Shown piece by piece: positions 43,210 to 53,472 of a stretch of DNA of 64,000 bases. The DNA comes from an uncultured Acidobacteriota bacterium (GTDB lineage: Bacteria; Acidobacteriota; Polarisedimenticolia; J045): NCBI GenBank assembly GCA_963702425.1, contig CAVPCQ010000018.1:96001-160000 (forward strand), read 5' to 3'. Both the position numbers and the translations under genes were made by a program. Within the stretch, counting starts at the first letter, position 1. Every line of letters begins with the position of its first letter. The notes under the pieces were generated by a model. That model ran no database searches and was not told the origin of the DNA. It saw only the letters and a list, made by a program, of their open reading frames with translations.

Positions 43210-43309
43210 GTCACCAGGAAAACTCCCGATGGCCGGCCTGTGCCGGACGCCGTACGGTCCCTGCTCCCGCGGGTGACCACGCACCCGCCAGCGAGGAGAC
43301 CCGCCACCC

Positions 43310-44977
43310 ATGGGCCCGCTTGCGCCCGTCCGGATCCTGTCACTCCTCGGCGCGCTCGCCGTGACGCCCTCGCTGGTGGCCGGCGCGCCGGACGAGGTTC
43401 GGATCACGCGACCTGAATCGGCCGCCGAGTCGGCGATCGCGATCGACCCGGCGCAGCCGCAGCGCGTCGTCGCCGGCACGATGGGCCCGCTGCAGCAGGT
43501 CCGGATGCACGTCTCCACCGACGGCGGCGCGGGCTGGAGCCAGGTCGAGCTGCCGCTGGGGAACACCTGCTGCCACCCCGCCGTCGCCTGGTCCGGCGAC
43601 GGGCGCTACGCCTACGCCGCGGCCCTGGCCCGCTGCGCGACCTTTCGCTGCGAGCTGCTCTTCTACCGCTCGGGGGACGGGGGGGCGAGCTGGTCGGACC
43701 TCGAGCGCGACACCCCCGGCAACCCGCGGCGCACCGTCTCGTTCTCCGCCGACCGCGAGGCGCTCCACGTCGACGCCTCCCCGGCCTCGCCCTACCGCGA
43801 CCGGATCTACCTCGCCTACCACTCCGCGAACGTGATGCAGCTCGCGCGCTCGACGAACTCCGGCAGTGCCTGGAGCGGGATCAGCTTCCCGTCCGCCGCC
43901 GAGGAGCTGGGGATGGGGGGCGACGTCGCGACCGACCGCGCGGGCCGCGTCTACTACGCCTGGCCGGCCTTCAACAGCCGCACGATCCGGCTGCGGAGAT
44001 CGACCGACGGCGGCGCGAGCTTCGGCGCCTCCACGGTCGTCGCGGCGACGCAGGCGGCCTTCAGCTTCGCGATCCCGGCCCAGCCGGCGCGCAGGGTCCG
44101 GATGGCCGTCTCCGCCGCCGCCGACCTGACGGCGGGGCCGAGCGCCGACGTGGTCTACCTGGCCTGGTCCGATACGACCGGACCGGTCTCGGACGACCCG
44201 GCGGCGAACCACGCGCAGATCCAGGTCGCCGCATCGCACGACGGCGGGGCGAGCTGGACCGTCACGACGCCGCACCGCAGCGACGACGCGTCCTCCGTGG
44301 ACCGCTTCCATCCCGCGCTCGCCGTGGGCCCCGACGGGACGGTCCACCTGGTCTTCTACGACACCCGCCAGTTCGCGGACCGCTCGGGGGTCGACCTCTA
44401 CTACAGCTTCTCGACCGACGGCGCGCAGACCTGGTCGCAGGCCCGCCGGATCACCACGGCGAGTTCGCCGTTCATCAACGACCTGTTCGAGTTCGGCGAC
44501 TACAACGGCCTCGATCTCGGCGGGAACGCGCTGATCGCGAGTTACACCGACAACCGCAGCGAGAGTGGCGGGGTGGGCGACTCGGTCGACGTCTACGCGG
44601 CGCGCATCGTCCCCGGCGGCGGCGCGGCCGGCGTGGGACGGCTCTACGGCGACCGCGGGCTGCCGGGCCCGCCGCTCACGGTGGCGCGCGCCGCAGGCGC
44701 CGACCTGGAGCTGGCCTGGTCCGGCGCCTGCGGGGGCGCGGCCGACTACGCGGTCTACGAGGGGGCGCTGGGCGAGCCGCGCAGCAAGACCCCGCGGCGC
44801 TGCAGCACGGGCGGCGCGACCGCCGTGACGATCACGCCGTCGCCCGGGGCACGCTTCTACCTCGTCGTGCCGCACAGCGCCGTCGCCGAGGGCTCGTATG
44901 GGCACACCAGCGACGGCGCAGAGCGCCCGCCCGACGCAGGCGCGTGCCTGCCGCAGTCGATCGCGGCCTGCCCGTAA
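43310..44977 (+). CDS. Secreted BNR/Asp-box (sialidase-like) protein, paralog of 33936-35891, with Cys-containing C-terminal domain
   Basis: Signal peptide; AAESAI, STDGG..W, LPLGNT, NSRTIR, GDYNGL, FYLVVP..EGSYG..SDG.ER. Confidence 0.82.
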   Translation: MGPLAPVRILSLLGALAVTPSLVAGAPDEVRITRPESAAESAIAIDPAQPQRVVAGTMGPLQQVRMHVSTDGGAGWSQVELPLGNTCCHPAVAWSGDGRYAYAAALARCATFRCELLFYRSGDGGASWSDLERDTPGNPRRTVSFSADREALHVDASPASPYRDRIYLAYHSANVMQLARSTNSGSAWSGISFPSAAEELGMGGDVATDRAGRVYYAWPAFNSRTIRLRRSTDGGASFGASTVVAATQAAFSFAIPAQPARRVRMAVSAAADLTAGPSADVVYLAWSDTTGPVSDDPAANHAQIQVAASHDGGASWTVTTPHRSDDASSVDRFHPALAVGPDGTVHLVFYDTRQFADRSGVDLYYSFSTDGAQTWSQARRITTASSPFINDLFEFGDYNGLDLGGNALIASYTDNRSESGGVGDSVDVYAARIVPGGGAAGVGRLYGDRGLPGPPLTVARAAGADLELAWSGACGGAADYAVYEGALGEPRSKTPRRCSTGGATAVTITPSPGARFYLVVPHSAVAEGSYGHTSDGAERPPDAGACLPQSIAACP

Positions 44978-45196
44978 CGCCAGGGCGCGGCGCGCCGGAA
45001 GACGGGCTGCTCCGGCGCTGTTCGATGTGCCCCGCAAGCGTCCGCGGCCCACGCGTTGCGCACGCGCGACCAGGGTTTACGGAAATTACTGATGGAGCGA
45101 GTCCCGGCCAGCGCGTATGAAGAGCGCGCGAATCGTCCGGGGCACGACCCGGGCGAGCCGCTTGCGTTGTTTCCTCTCGGAGAGAAGGAGGTCCTC

Positions 45197-46384
45197 ATGA
45201 ACCGTTCCATGACACGCTTGGCCCTGGCGGCGCTCGCCGCCGCCGTCGCGATCGGCGGCATCGCGCCGTCGGCCGCACAGACCGTGAAGTTCACCCCGCT
45301 GGGCGTCGAGTGCGGCCCGGCCTTCTTCCCCCGGCTGTGCGTCGTCGACATGTCCGGCGATGGCCAGACGCTCCTGTTCCAGGACCGCCTCTGGACCGCC
45401 GACGGCCAGGTCCTGATGATCGGCGCCCCGCCCAGCGGCTACTACGAGGTCACGGCGCTCTCGGACGACGGCTCCACCGTCGTCGGCAACATCTACGTGA
45501 CCGACGGCCCGCTGGCACCGCACCTCGAGGCCGCGATCTGGCTCGGCGGGAACGAGTGGCGCTCGCTCGGCTACCTGCCGGGCTCGGGCCCCTGCGGTGA
45601 CAACCTGACCTCCGCCTTCGACGTCAGCGGCGACGGGAGCAAGGTCGTGGGCCTGGCCTGGCTCGCCCCGGACTGCGCCGGCACCGCGCACGGCTTCCAG
45701 TGGACCGAGGAGACCGAGATGGTCGACCTCGGCGCGATCGTCGACGGCCGGGCGAGCCGCGGCAACGCGATCTCCGCCGACGGGAACGTGATCGCCGGCT
45801 GGAGCGACTCCTCGTTCGGCGCCCGGCTGGCCGCGCAGATCCGCAACGGCGGCGACTGGGAGTGGATCACCCCCGATGGCGAGCCGATCCAGGCCGGCGA
45901 GGCGCTCGCGGTCAACTCGGACGGCAGCATCCTCGTCGGCGGCGGGTACTTCGATGCGTCCGTCAGCAGCGCGGGAGCGCCGGCCTACGAGCCCTGGCTG
46001 TGGAGCGAGGCCACCGGCCTGATCCACCTGGGCACCGTCAAGGGGCTGCGCGGTGCAGTCATCGACGGCCAGCACTACGCCAACGACGTCAGCGACGACG
46101 GGAGCGTGGTCATCGGCTTCGACACGCTCTTCAACCTCGGGGAGCGCTGGGCCTTCATCTGGACCGAGACCGGCGGCATCCGGATGCTGCAGGACTACGT
46201 CCGCCAGTACACCGACGCGGCGACCCGGGCGAAGATCTGCACCGCCCAGCGCGGCGCGCTCCAGCCCTGCAGCAAGTGGGACTTCGCGACCCCGAGCGCG
46301 ATCTCGAACGACGGCAAGGTCATCGTCGGCACCGGACGCAACCCGGCCGGCAACTGGGAAGCGTTCAAGATCACGCTCCCGTAG
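45197..46384 (+). CDS. Secreted HAF-repeat-like beta-propeller protein
   Basis: AAGGAGG RBS; signal peptide; repeats of A..VS.DGS.VVG, HGF.WT, AF.WT. Confidence 0.78.
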   Translation: MNRSMTRLALAALAAAVAIGGIAPSAAQTVKFTPLGVECGPAFFPRLCVVDMSGDGQTLLFQDRLWTADGQVLMIGAPPSGYYEVTALSDDGSTVVGNIYVTDGPLAPHLEAAIWLGGNEWRSLGYLPGSGPCGDNLTSAFDVSGDGSKVVGLAWLAPDCAGTAHGFQWTEETEMVDLGAIVDGRASRGNAISADGNVIAGWSDSSFGARLAAQIRNGGDWEWITPDGEPIQAGEALAVNSDGSILVGGGYFDASVSSAGAPAYEPWLWSEATGLIHLGTVKGLRGAVIDGQHYANDVSDDGSVVIGFDTLFNLGERWAFIWTETGGIRMLQDYVRQYTDAATRAKICTAQRGALQPCSKWDFATPSAISNDGKVIVGTGRNPAGNWEAFKITLP

Positions 46385-46422
46385 GGGCCGGCCTCTGTGC
46401 CGGCCCGCATTCGCGCCGGCCC
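46381..46422 (+). repeat. GTAG-type REP element
   Basis: Identical 28-mer to 43143; supplies the TAG stop of the upstream gene. Confidence 0.7.
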
Positions 46423-46427
46423 AACCA

Positions 46428-46462
46428 ACCCCGGGGACGCCACGGCGTTCCCGGGGTCTTTT
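46428..46462 (+). terminator. Intrinsic terminator
   Basis: ACCCCGGGGACGCC-AC-GGCGTTCCCGGGGT followed by CTTTT. Confidence 0.65.
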
Positions 46463-46470
46463 CGTTCCGG

Positions 46471-47130
46471 TCAGTGCATCGCCGCGACGAGCGGCCGCTC
46501 CGCGACGATCGTCGCCTCGACTTCCGCCAGGATCGCGATCCGGCGCTCGACCCGCGCCACCGGCAGCACTGCCATCGCCAGGTCGCGGAAGGTCTCCCAG
46601 TGCCGCCCCTCCGCCTGCGCCAGCAGGCGGTAGAAGTGGCCGAGTGCCTCGCGGTCCGGGATCTCGGCCGGCAGCGTGTGCCGCGCGTCGAGCAGCGCCG
46701 CCGCCAGCAGCCGGAAGCGCTCGCACGAGCGCGCTTCCACGAACGCATTGACCAGCAGCAGGTCGCCGTACGCCCCCAGCCCCTCCGCCGTGCGGAAGCC
46801 GCGCTGGCGCAGCTCGTGGACGTAGCGGTCGGGGAGCGGGCGCGACAGCGTGCCGCCGCGGGCCTCGATCAGGTCGAGCACCTGCCGGAAGTGGTGCAGC
46901 TCCTCGTGCGCCAGCGCCATCATCGGACGGACCAGCTCCGCCCGGTCGGGGAAACGCCCGATCAGCGCCAGCGCGGAGGACGCGGCCTTCTGCTCGCAGA
47001 GCGCGTGGTCGACCAGCAGCGCGTCGAGCTGCGCCAGCGCGACGTCGACCCAGCGCGGGTCGGTACTTCGGACGAGCGGCAGGCCGTCGAGCGGGTCGGC
47101 CCAGGGCAGATCGGGGGCGGCGGATTCCAT
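46471..47130 (-). CDS. miaE: tRNA-(ms2io6A) hydroxylase (di-iron)
   Basis: LVDHALCEQKAA, EELHHF, EARSCERF, AEGRH. Confidence 0.9.
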   Translation of the reverse strand: MESAAPDLPWADPLDGLPLVRSTDPRWVDVALAQLDALLVDHALCEQKAASSALALIGRFPDRAELVRPMMALAHEELHHFRQVLDLIEARGGTLSRPLPDRYVHELRQRGFRTAEGLGAYGDLLLVNAFVEARSCERFRLLAAALLDARHTLPAEIPDREALGHFYRLLAQAEGRHWETFRDLAMAVLPVARVERRIAILAEVEATIVAERPLVAAMH

Positions 47131-47160
47131 CCGGGATACACTCCGCGCGGAGCTTAGCCG

Positions 47161-48441
47161 ATGACGAACGATCCGACCCGGGTGGCGGCGGCCGTGCCCG
47201 ACAAGGCGGCGATGGGGTCCGCAGCCGCCGGCGCTTCGGCTGGCGCCGTGTCCGCTCCGGCAGCCGGCCTCGCGCGCCCCGCCGGCCTGCCGCCCGGTAC
47301 CGTGAGCTGGCTCGAGATCGACCTCGACGCGGTCCGCGCCAACGTGCGGGCCTTCGTTGGGCGGCTCGCGCCCGGCGCCAAGCTGATCGCGGTCGTCAAG
47401 TCCGACGCCTACGGCCACGGGATGGCGCTCGTCGCGCCGGCGGCGCTCGAGGCGGGCGCGTCGTGGCTGGCGGTCGGCGGGCTGGCCGAGGCGATCGCGC
47501 TGCGCGCGCAGCTCGGGCCGGCGGTGCCGATCGTGTGCCTGAACCACGTCCCCGGCCCGGACGCCGGCGAGGCGGTGGCGCACGACGTACGGCTGACGCT
47601 CTACGGCCCCGAGGCGCTGCCCTCGCTGTCGGCCGCTGCGACGCGGCTCGGCCGCCCGGCGCGGGTGCACGTGAAGGTCGAGACCGGCACGCACCGCCAG
47701 GGGCTCGATGCGCGCGAGGCGCTGGCGCTGGCGCGGCAGGCGGCGGCGGCGCCGGGCGTCGTCGTCGAGGGGCTGTCCACGCACTACGCCGACATCGAGG
47801 ACACGACCGACCACGGCTACGCGGAAAAGCAGCTCGCGGCGTTTCAGGCCGCGGTCGAGCTGTTCCGCGAGGCGGGCGCCGTACCGCCGCTGCTCCACAC
47901 CGCGTGCTCCGCAGCGACGATCCTGTTCCAGCGCACGCACTTCGACCTCGCGCGCGCCGGGATCGGGATCTACGGCCTGTGGCCCTCGCGCGAGACGTAC
48001 GTGTCGGCGCGCGAGCGCGGCGTGGCGCCGGAGTTCGCGCTGATGCCGGCGCTGACCTGGAAGTGCATCGTGGCGCAGGTCAAGGACGTGCCGGCCGGAG
48101 CGTACGTCGGCTACGGCCGCACCTGGCGCGCGACGCGGCCGACGCGGATCGCGGTCCTGCCGGTCGGCTACTACGAGGGCTACCCGCGCGCCGCGTCGGG
48201 CCGCGCGCACGCGCTGATCGGCGGCCAGCGTAGCGAGATCGTCGGCCGGATCTGCATGAACATGATGATGGCCGACGTGACCGACCTCCCCGCCGTGCAG
48301 GCCGGTGACGAGGCCGTGCTGATCGGCACCTCGGGCGAGGAGAAGATCCGCGCCGAGGACGTCGCCGGATGGGCCGGGACGATCCACTACGAGATCGTCT
48401 CGCGGATCCACCCGGGCCTGCCGCGGGTGGGGAAGGGCTGA
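47161..48441 (+). CDS. alr: Alanine racemase
   Basis: AVVKSDAYGHG PLP-lysine motif, HVKVETG..RQG, VGYG, GRICMN, TIHYE. Confidence 0.95.
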   Translation: MTNDPTRVAAAVPDKAAMGSAAAGASAGAVSAPAAGLARPAGLPPGTVSWLEIDLDAVRANVRAFVGRLAPGAKLIAVVKSDAYGHGMALVAPAALEAGASWLAVGGLAEAIALRAQLGPAVPIVCLNHVPGPDAGEAVAHDVRLTLYGPEALPSLSAAATRLGRPARVHVKVETGTHRQGLDAREALALARQAAAAPGVVVEGLSTHYADIEDTTDHGYAEKQLAAFQAAVELFREAGAVPPLLHTACSAATILFQRTHFDLARAGIGIYGLWPSRETYVSARERGVAPEFALMPALTWKCIVAQVKDVPAGAYVGYGRTWRATRPTRIAVLPVGYYEGYPRAASGRAHALIGGQRSEIVGRICMNMMMADVTDLPAVQAGDEAVLIGTSGEEKIRAEDVAGWAGTIHYEIVSRIHPGLPRVGKG

Positions 48442-48469
48442 AGGAGCGGCAAGAGGCGCCCATCCCGCC

Positions 48470-49633
48470 TCAGCGCCGTCGTGCCTTGACGGTTGGCGCC
48501 GTCGCCTCCTCGACCAGCCGGTCGAGCCCGACGAAGCGAACCCGCAACTCGCCGAAGCGTTTGTCGTACGGCCGGTCCACGTCGGTGGCGACGACGAGGT
48601 TGGGGCCCGTCGGGTATCTTCCGCGGAACGCCCGAAGGCTCGACGGATCGAAATCGCTCGCCGACCGCTTGCACTCGATCGCCACCGGCGGTCGGCCGCG
48701 GGGGGCGAGCACGAAGTCGACCTCGTTCCCGTGCTTGCTCCTCCAGTAGGAGATGCGCCGCGACTGAAGGCGGGCGTGCAGCTCGTTCAGTACGAAGTGC
48801 TCCCACAACAGGCCGATATCCTCCCGGCGGAGCGAGTCCCAACCGCGATGGTGGCAGACGAGGCCGGTGTCGAAGCCGTAGACCTTCGGCGCTGCGACGA
48901 TCTCCTGCGCGCGACGGCTGGCGTAGGGCCGCACGACGTGCGCCACGAACGTGGCTTCGAGCACGGCCAGGTAGTTCGTGACCGTCGTGCGGCTGACCTC
49001 GCAATCGCGAGCGAAGCGCGTGGCCTCGAAGATGCCGCCGCTCTGGGCCATCATCAGCTCGACCAGCCGGCGGAACGACTGTCGCCGCTCCAGCCGGAAG
49101 AGCTCGAGGATGTCCTTCGCCCAATAGGCGTCGATCCACTCCTCGAACTCCCGCTCCGGAAGCTCGTCGGCGAGGTAGAAGGACGGCAAGCCCCCGCGGA
49201 GCAGCCGGTGCTCGAGGCTCTCCCCCCCGAATTGCACGTGGTCCACAAGCGTCATCGGCGTGAGCCAGACCTCCTCCTTGCGCCCGGCGAGGGTGTCGCG
49301 GAAGCGCGCGGTGGCACCCAGCGTGGAGGACCCGGTTGCGAGGAGGCGCACCTCGGGGTGATGGTCGGCCGCGAGCTTCAGCACCTCGGCGGGGTTTGGC
49401 AGGCGGTGGACTTCGTCGAGGACAACCCGTTTTCCCTCGAGGCTTCCGAGGAAGGCCTCGACATCCTCGATCTGGCGCCGCACGCGCGACCGCTCGCAGT
49501 CGAAGTACTCGACGTGGGGAAGGCTGCGCGCGAGCACGGTCTTCCCGACCCGGCGCACACCCATCAGCCACACGACGGGACGGCGCACCCAAGCCTGCTC
49601 GATCACGGCCTGCCAGAACGGGCGCGGGATCAT
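48470..49633 (-). CDS. Second AAA+ ATPase with DUF4143 domain
   Basis: GVRRVGKT, LDEVH, ATGSS, LAGR, GGLP, PKVYGFDTG, EVDFV..IECK. Confidence 0.9.
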   Translation of the reverse strand: MIPRPFWQAVIEQAWVRRPVVWLMGVRRVGKTVLARSLPHVEYFDCERSRVRRQIEDVEAFLGSLEGKRVVLDEVHRLPNPAEVLKLAADHHPEVRLLATGSSTLGATARFRDTLAGRKEEVWLTPMTLVDHVQFGGESLEHRLLRGGLPSFYLADELPEREFEEWIDAYWAKDILELFRLERRQSFRRLVELMMAQSGGIFEATRFARDCEVSRTTVTNYLAVLEATFVAHVVRPYASRRAQEIVAAPKVYGFDTGLVCHHRGWDSLRREDIGLLWEHFVLNELHARLQSRRISYWRSKHGNEVDFVLAPRGRPPVAIECKRSASDFDPSSLRAFRGRYPTGPNLVVATDVDRPYDKRFGELRVRFVGLDRLVEEATAPTVKARRR

Positions 49634-49644
49634 GGAAAACATGA

Positions 49645-49669
49645 TTGCACTTGGTTCAACCAAATGCAA
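49645..49669. promoter_or_regulatory. Palindromic operator upstream of the second AAA/DUF4143 gene
   Basis: TTGCACTTGGTT-C-AACCAAATGCAA (11/12 inverted repeat), AT-rich island. Confidence 0.55.
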
Positions 49670-49796
49670 CACGGATTGCGTTTGGCTCATCCACGGTATC
49701 CGGCACAGGCACGCCGCAGACTGGGCTGGAAGGGGTGCGACGCATGGTATGGGCCCCCGCCTTGCGCCCGCCCCGCAAAGCTGGCAAGAAATCCCC

Positions 49797-50996
49797 GTGC
49801 GCTGGGCATCCTCCCTCTCCGAACGCCCCGACCTGGGCCAGGCCGCAGCCGAAGCGGCGGCCGAGGTCAAGGCCGCGCTCGGCGGCGCGGCGCCCGACCT
49901 GGTCCTGGTCTTCGTTTCCGCCGCTCACGCCGCGTCCTACACCCGCGTCCCCGCGACCTTCTCCGCTTTCTTCCCGCGCGCCACCATCGCCGGCTGCAGC
50001 GGCGGCGGCGTGATCGGTGACGGGCGCGAGGTCGAGGCCGCGCCGGCGCTGTCGGTCACCGCGGCGGTGCTGCCCGGCGTGACCGTGACGCCGCTCCGGA
50101 TCGCCTCCGGGCGCCCGCTCCCGCCGCCGTCGGACGCCGACGCCTGGCACGCGCTGATCGGCGTGCCGCCCGCGGACCGTCCGCACTTCATCCTGATGCC
50201 CGATCCCTTCACCTCCGAGGCCGAGGAGCTGGTCCGCGGCCTCGACGCCGCGTACCCGGCGGGCCGCAAGATCGGCGGCCTCGCCAGCGGCGGCGAGGCG
50301 CCGGGGCAGAGCGCGCTCTTCCTCGACCAGGAGTTCTTCCGCACCGGTACCGTCGGCGTCGCGCTGCACGGCAACATCGCGGTCGACACGATCGTCGCGC
50401 AGGGCTGTCGGCCGCTCGGCGACCCGCTGGCGATTACCGAGTGCGAGGACAACGTCGTCTACGCGCTCGGCGGCGCCGCGCCGATGAAGGTGCTGGGCGA
50501 GATCTTCGAGGGGGCGGGGGAGCGCGAGCAGTCGTTGATGCGCCATTCGCTCTTCGTCGGGCTCGAGATGCGCGAGGGGCAGGCCGCGTTCCGCGACGGG
50601 GAGCTGCTGGTGCGCAACATCGTCGGCGCCGATCAGGACTCGGGGGCGCTGGCGATCGGCGCGTACCCGCGCGAGCACCAGGTGCTGCAGTTCGTGCTGC
50701 GCGACGCGGAGGCGGCACGGGCCGATCTCGACGAGCAGCTCGGGCGCTATGCGCGCGGCGTCGCGGCGGAGCCCGCGGGGCGGCCGGGGCCGGCGGGGGC
50801 GCTGCTCTTCTCGTGCCTGGGGCGCGGGCAGCAGCTCTTCGGCGAGCCGGACCACGACAGCCGGCGGCTGTTCGAGCACCTCGGGCGGATGCCGCTGGGC
50901 GGGTTCTTCTGCAACGGCGAGATCGGGCAGGTCGGGGGAGAGACCTTCCTGCACGGGTACACGAGCTGCTTCGGGGTGTTCCGGCCGCTGACGTAG
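49797..50996 (+). CDS. Stand-alone FIST-domain protein
   Basis: GCSGGGVIG..E.E, DPF, GGLAS, VAQGCRP.G, FSCLGRG, GFFCNGEIG..LHGYT. Confidence 0.88.
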   Translation: MRWASSLSERPDLGQAAAEAAAEVKAALGGAAPDLVLVFVSAAHAASYTRVPATFSAFFPRATIAGCSGGGVIGDGREVEAAPALSVTAAVLPGVTVTPLRIASGRPLPPPSDADAWHALIGVPPADRPHFILMPDPFTSEAEELVRGLDAAYPAGRKIGGLASGGEAPGQSALFLDQEFFRTGTVGVALHGNIAVDTIVAQGCRPLGDPLAITECEDNVVYALGGAAPMKVLGEIFEGAGEREQSLMRHSLFVGLEMREGQAAFRDGELLVRNIVGADQDSGALAIGAYPREHQVLQFVLRDAEAARADLDEQLGRYARGVAAEPAGRPGPAGALLFSCLGRGQQLFGEPDHDSRRLFEHLGRMPLGGFFCNGEIGQVGGETFLHGYTSCFGVFRPLT

Positions 50997-51067
50997 GGGC
51001 CGCCCTCCGTGGCGGCCCGCCCTGCCCGATGCGCGACCTGAGGGCCGGCACGGAGGCCGGCCCCGAC
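50993..51067. repeat. Inverted REP doublet (REPIN-like)
   Basis: GTAGGGGCCGCCCTCCGTGGCGGCCC and an inverted GTCGGGGCCGGCCTCCGTGCCGGCCC between convergent genes. Confidence 0.65.
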
Positions 51068-51085
51068 AGCGGTCCGAGCGTCCGA

Positions 51086-52048
51086 TTACAGGTTCGCGGC
51101 GATCGCCGCGATGTGCCGCTCGTCGGTCCCGCAGCAGCCGCCGAGCAGGCGCAGGCCGAAGTCCTGGCGCAGCGCGGCCATCGCCGCGCCCCACGGGCCC
51201 GGCGCGTCCGAGCGCAGTTCGCCCAACCCGTCGAGCACCTCGGGCGGAAGCGCCGAACCGTTCGCCTGCAGCCCGATCACGCGGACGATCGCGCTCGCCG
51301 CCCGCGCCGTGACGACCGCGCGCGACCGCGCCGCGACGGCCGCAAGCGCCTCCCGGCACGGCCCCGGGTGGACGCAGTTGATCGTGTAGGCGACCGGTGC
51401 GGGCCGCATGTCGCGGTCGATCGCCTCGATCGCTTCCTCGAGCGGCGTCCCGTCGAGCAGCGTCCCGTCGGCGCGCACGATGAAGCTCAGCAGGTAGGGC
51501 GTGCCGGTACCGGCCATCGCCCGCGCCAGGCCGCGCGCCTCGGAGAGCGCCGGCAGCGTCTGCGCGGTCAGCAGGTCGACCCCGGCCTCTGCCAGCAGGC
51601 CGGCCTGCCACGCGTGCAGCGCCTCGGCCTCGCGCTCGCCGAGCGCCGCGCGCGGGTCGTACGCGTCCCCCTGCGGCCCGAGCAGCCCCGCGATCAGCAC
51701 CGGGCCGCCCCCTGCGGCGGCGTGCTCGCACCGCAGCGCGTCGAGCGCGGCGACGTTCTCGCGGCACAGCGCGTCGCCGGAGAGCCCGGCGCGCTCGACC
51801 GCCTCGCGGTTCGCGCGCCAGGTCGGCGTCAGCAGGACGATCGGCAGCCCGGACGCGCGCGCGACCCCGAGGTACCCGCGCCAGATCGACTCCAGCAGCG
51901 CGCGCCCCGCCGCGTCGCGGACCAGCGTCGCGGTCAGCAGCTCCGGGTGGAGCGCCCCCGGCGCACCGCGGCGCACGCGCTCCACCACCGATCCCTCGGC
52001 GAGGAGCGCGGGCGCCGCCGTCAGCAGTTCTAGCGCGCGGCCGGCCAC
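51086..52048 (-). CDS. Homocysteine S-methyltransferase family protein
   Basis: TPTWRAN, GPQGD.Y, GVD....T, LLDG, INCVHP, GGCCGT zinc ligands; start uncertain. Confidence 0.85.
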   Translation of the reverse strand: MAGRALELLTAAPALLAEGSVVERVRRGAPGALHPELLTATLVRDAAGRALLESIWRGYLGVARASGLPIVLLTPTWRANREAVERAGLSGDALCRENVAALDALRCEHAAAGGGPVLIAGLLGPQGDAYDPRAALGEREAEALHAWQAGLLAEAGVDLLTAQTLPALSEARGLARAMAGTGTPYLLSFIVRADGTLLDGTPLEEAIEAIDRDMRPAPVAYTINCVHPGPCREALAAVAARSRAVVTARAASAIVRVIGLQANGSALPPEVLDGLGELRSDAPGPWGAAMAALRQDFGLRLLGGCCGTDERHIAAIAANL

Positions 52049-52593
52049 AGCAGCATGAAGATCACGCCCGTGATCAATCCGTAGACGACGCCGTCGAAGC
52101 AGTTCTTCAGCGTCACGGACCACGGCCGGTAGAACCAGATCGAGTCGGGGATGCCGGCCAGCGCGTAGATCGCGATCGCGATCGTCCCGGTGATCCGCAT
52201 CACGGTGTGCCCGTCCTGGCCGAACTGCAGCGTGTGCCGCGCGAGGTAGGCGACGATGAAGCTGACCACGAAGTAGAAGAGGAACGACAGGGCCATGTTG
52301 CGTCCCATGTTCGGCGCGCCGTTGCGACCGACCACCAGCAGCGCGACGGGCCCCTCGTCGAAGCGCTTCATGAACTCCTTGTCGTCGCGCCCCTTCGCGT
52401 CCTGCCAGTAGGGGGTGACGTACTGTCCCGGAGCGATCTTGCCGCCGCCGTAGAGGGCGCGGAGCTTCTCCTCGTCCGGGAGCTTCCTGAAATCGGCGGC
52501 GTGATAGCCGAGCAGCATCCAGATCAGAGCGCTGGCGATCCAGACGACGACCGCCGCGACGACGACGGGCAACCAGAGCGAAAGGAATGGCAT
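52030..52593 (-). CDS. Conserved-looking four-TM membrane protein
   Basis: Hydrophobic helices; H..D...LPDE and SIW..RPW......DG..Y motifs; GAGG RBS. Confidence 0.65.
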   Translation of the reverse strand: MPFLSLWLPVVVAAVVVWIASALIWMLLGYHAADFRKLPDEEKLRALYGGGKIAPGQYVTPYWQDAKGRDDKEFMKRFDEGPVALLVVGRNGAPNMGRNMALSFLFYFVVSFIVAYLARHTLQFGQDGHTVMRITGTIAIAIYALAGIPDSIWFYRPWSVTLKNCFDGVVYGLITGVIFMLLWPAAR

Positions 52594-52653
52594 GGGGATC
52601 CCTCCTCGAGGATGCACTTTACATCGACTGACGGGCGGGCCGCGCGGCTCCTG

Positions 52654-53472
52654 TCACGACGCGGCCGCGGCGTCGACGCCGCGGCGGAACAGCTCGAGCC
52701 CCGCCGGGACGATCCGGCCGGCCGGATCGTCCGCCCGCCGCCAGTCCGGATGGTGCCAGGCGTGCAGGAACGCGTCCGGATGCGGCATCAGCCCCAGCAC
52801 GCGGCCCGTCGGGTCGCAGACCCCCGCGACGCCGCGCGCCGAGCCGTTCGGGTTGGCCGGCCAGGCCTCGGTCGGACGGCCATCCGGGCCGGCGTAGCGC
52901 AGCGCGAGCTGGCCGCGCGACTCGAGGCGGTCGAGCGCGGCCTCCGACTCGACGACGAACTTCCCCTCGCCGTGCCGGGCCGGGAGGTCGAACGTCCCCA
53001 GCCCCTTCGTCCAGAGACACGGCGAGGCCGGATCGACCGTCACCCGCACCCACGCGTCGCGGTAGCCGAGGCGATCGTTGTTGGTCAGCGCGGCGCGCGG
53101 GACGAAGTCATGCGCGCCCACGTCCGGGCCGGGCAGCAGCCCCAGCCGGACCAGCGTCTGGAACCCGTTGCAGATCCCGAGCACCAGGCCGCCGCCGGCC
53201 AGGAACGCGGCCAGGTCGTCCTGCAGGTGGGCGCGTACCCGGGTCGCGAGCACGAACCCGCCGGCGATGTGGTCGCCGTACGCGAAGCCGCCGACGAACG
53301 CGAGGATCCGGTAGTCGGCGATCCGCCGCGGGTGACGGCGCGTGAAGAGGTCGGTCAGGTGGACGAGGTCGACGTCGGCGCCGACCGTGCGGAACGCGTG
53401 CGCGGTCTCGGCCTCGCAGTTGAGGCCGAGACCGGTCGGGATCAGGACCTTCACCGCTCCCGCGCCGCTCAT
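52654..53472 (-). CDS. purQ: FGAM synthase glutaminase subunit
   Basis: G.NCE.ET, GGFAYGD, LGICNGFQ, HGEG, NPNGS, GLMPHPD. Confidence 0.92.
   Translation of the reverse strand: MSGAGAVKVLIPTGLGLNCEAETAHAFRTVGADVDLVHLTDLFTRRHPRRIADYRILAFVGGFAYGDHIAGGFVLATRVRAHLQDDLAAFLAGGGLVLGICNGFQTLVRLGLLPGPDVGAHDFVPRAALTNNDRLGYRDAWVRVTVDPASPCLWTKGLGTFDLPARHGEGKFVVESEAALDRLESRGQLALRYAGPDGRPTEAWPANPNGSARGVAGVCDPTGRVLGLMPHPDAFLHAWHHPDWRRADDPAGRIVPAGLELFRRGVDAAAAS

Noticed and set aside
45197-46384. Fifth carrier of the shared C-terminal domain
   Set aside because: The protein ends at the last propeller strand (EAFKITLP) with no FYL/SYG/CP motif
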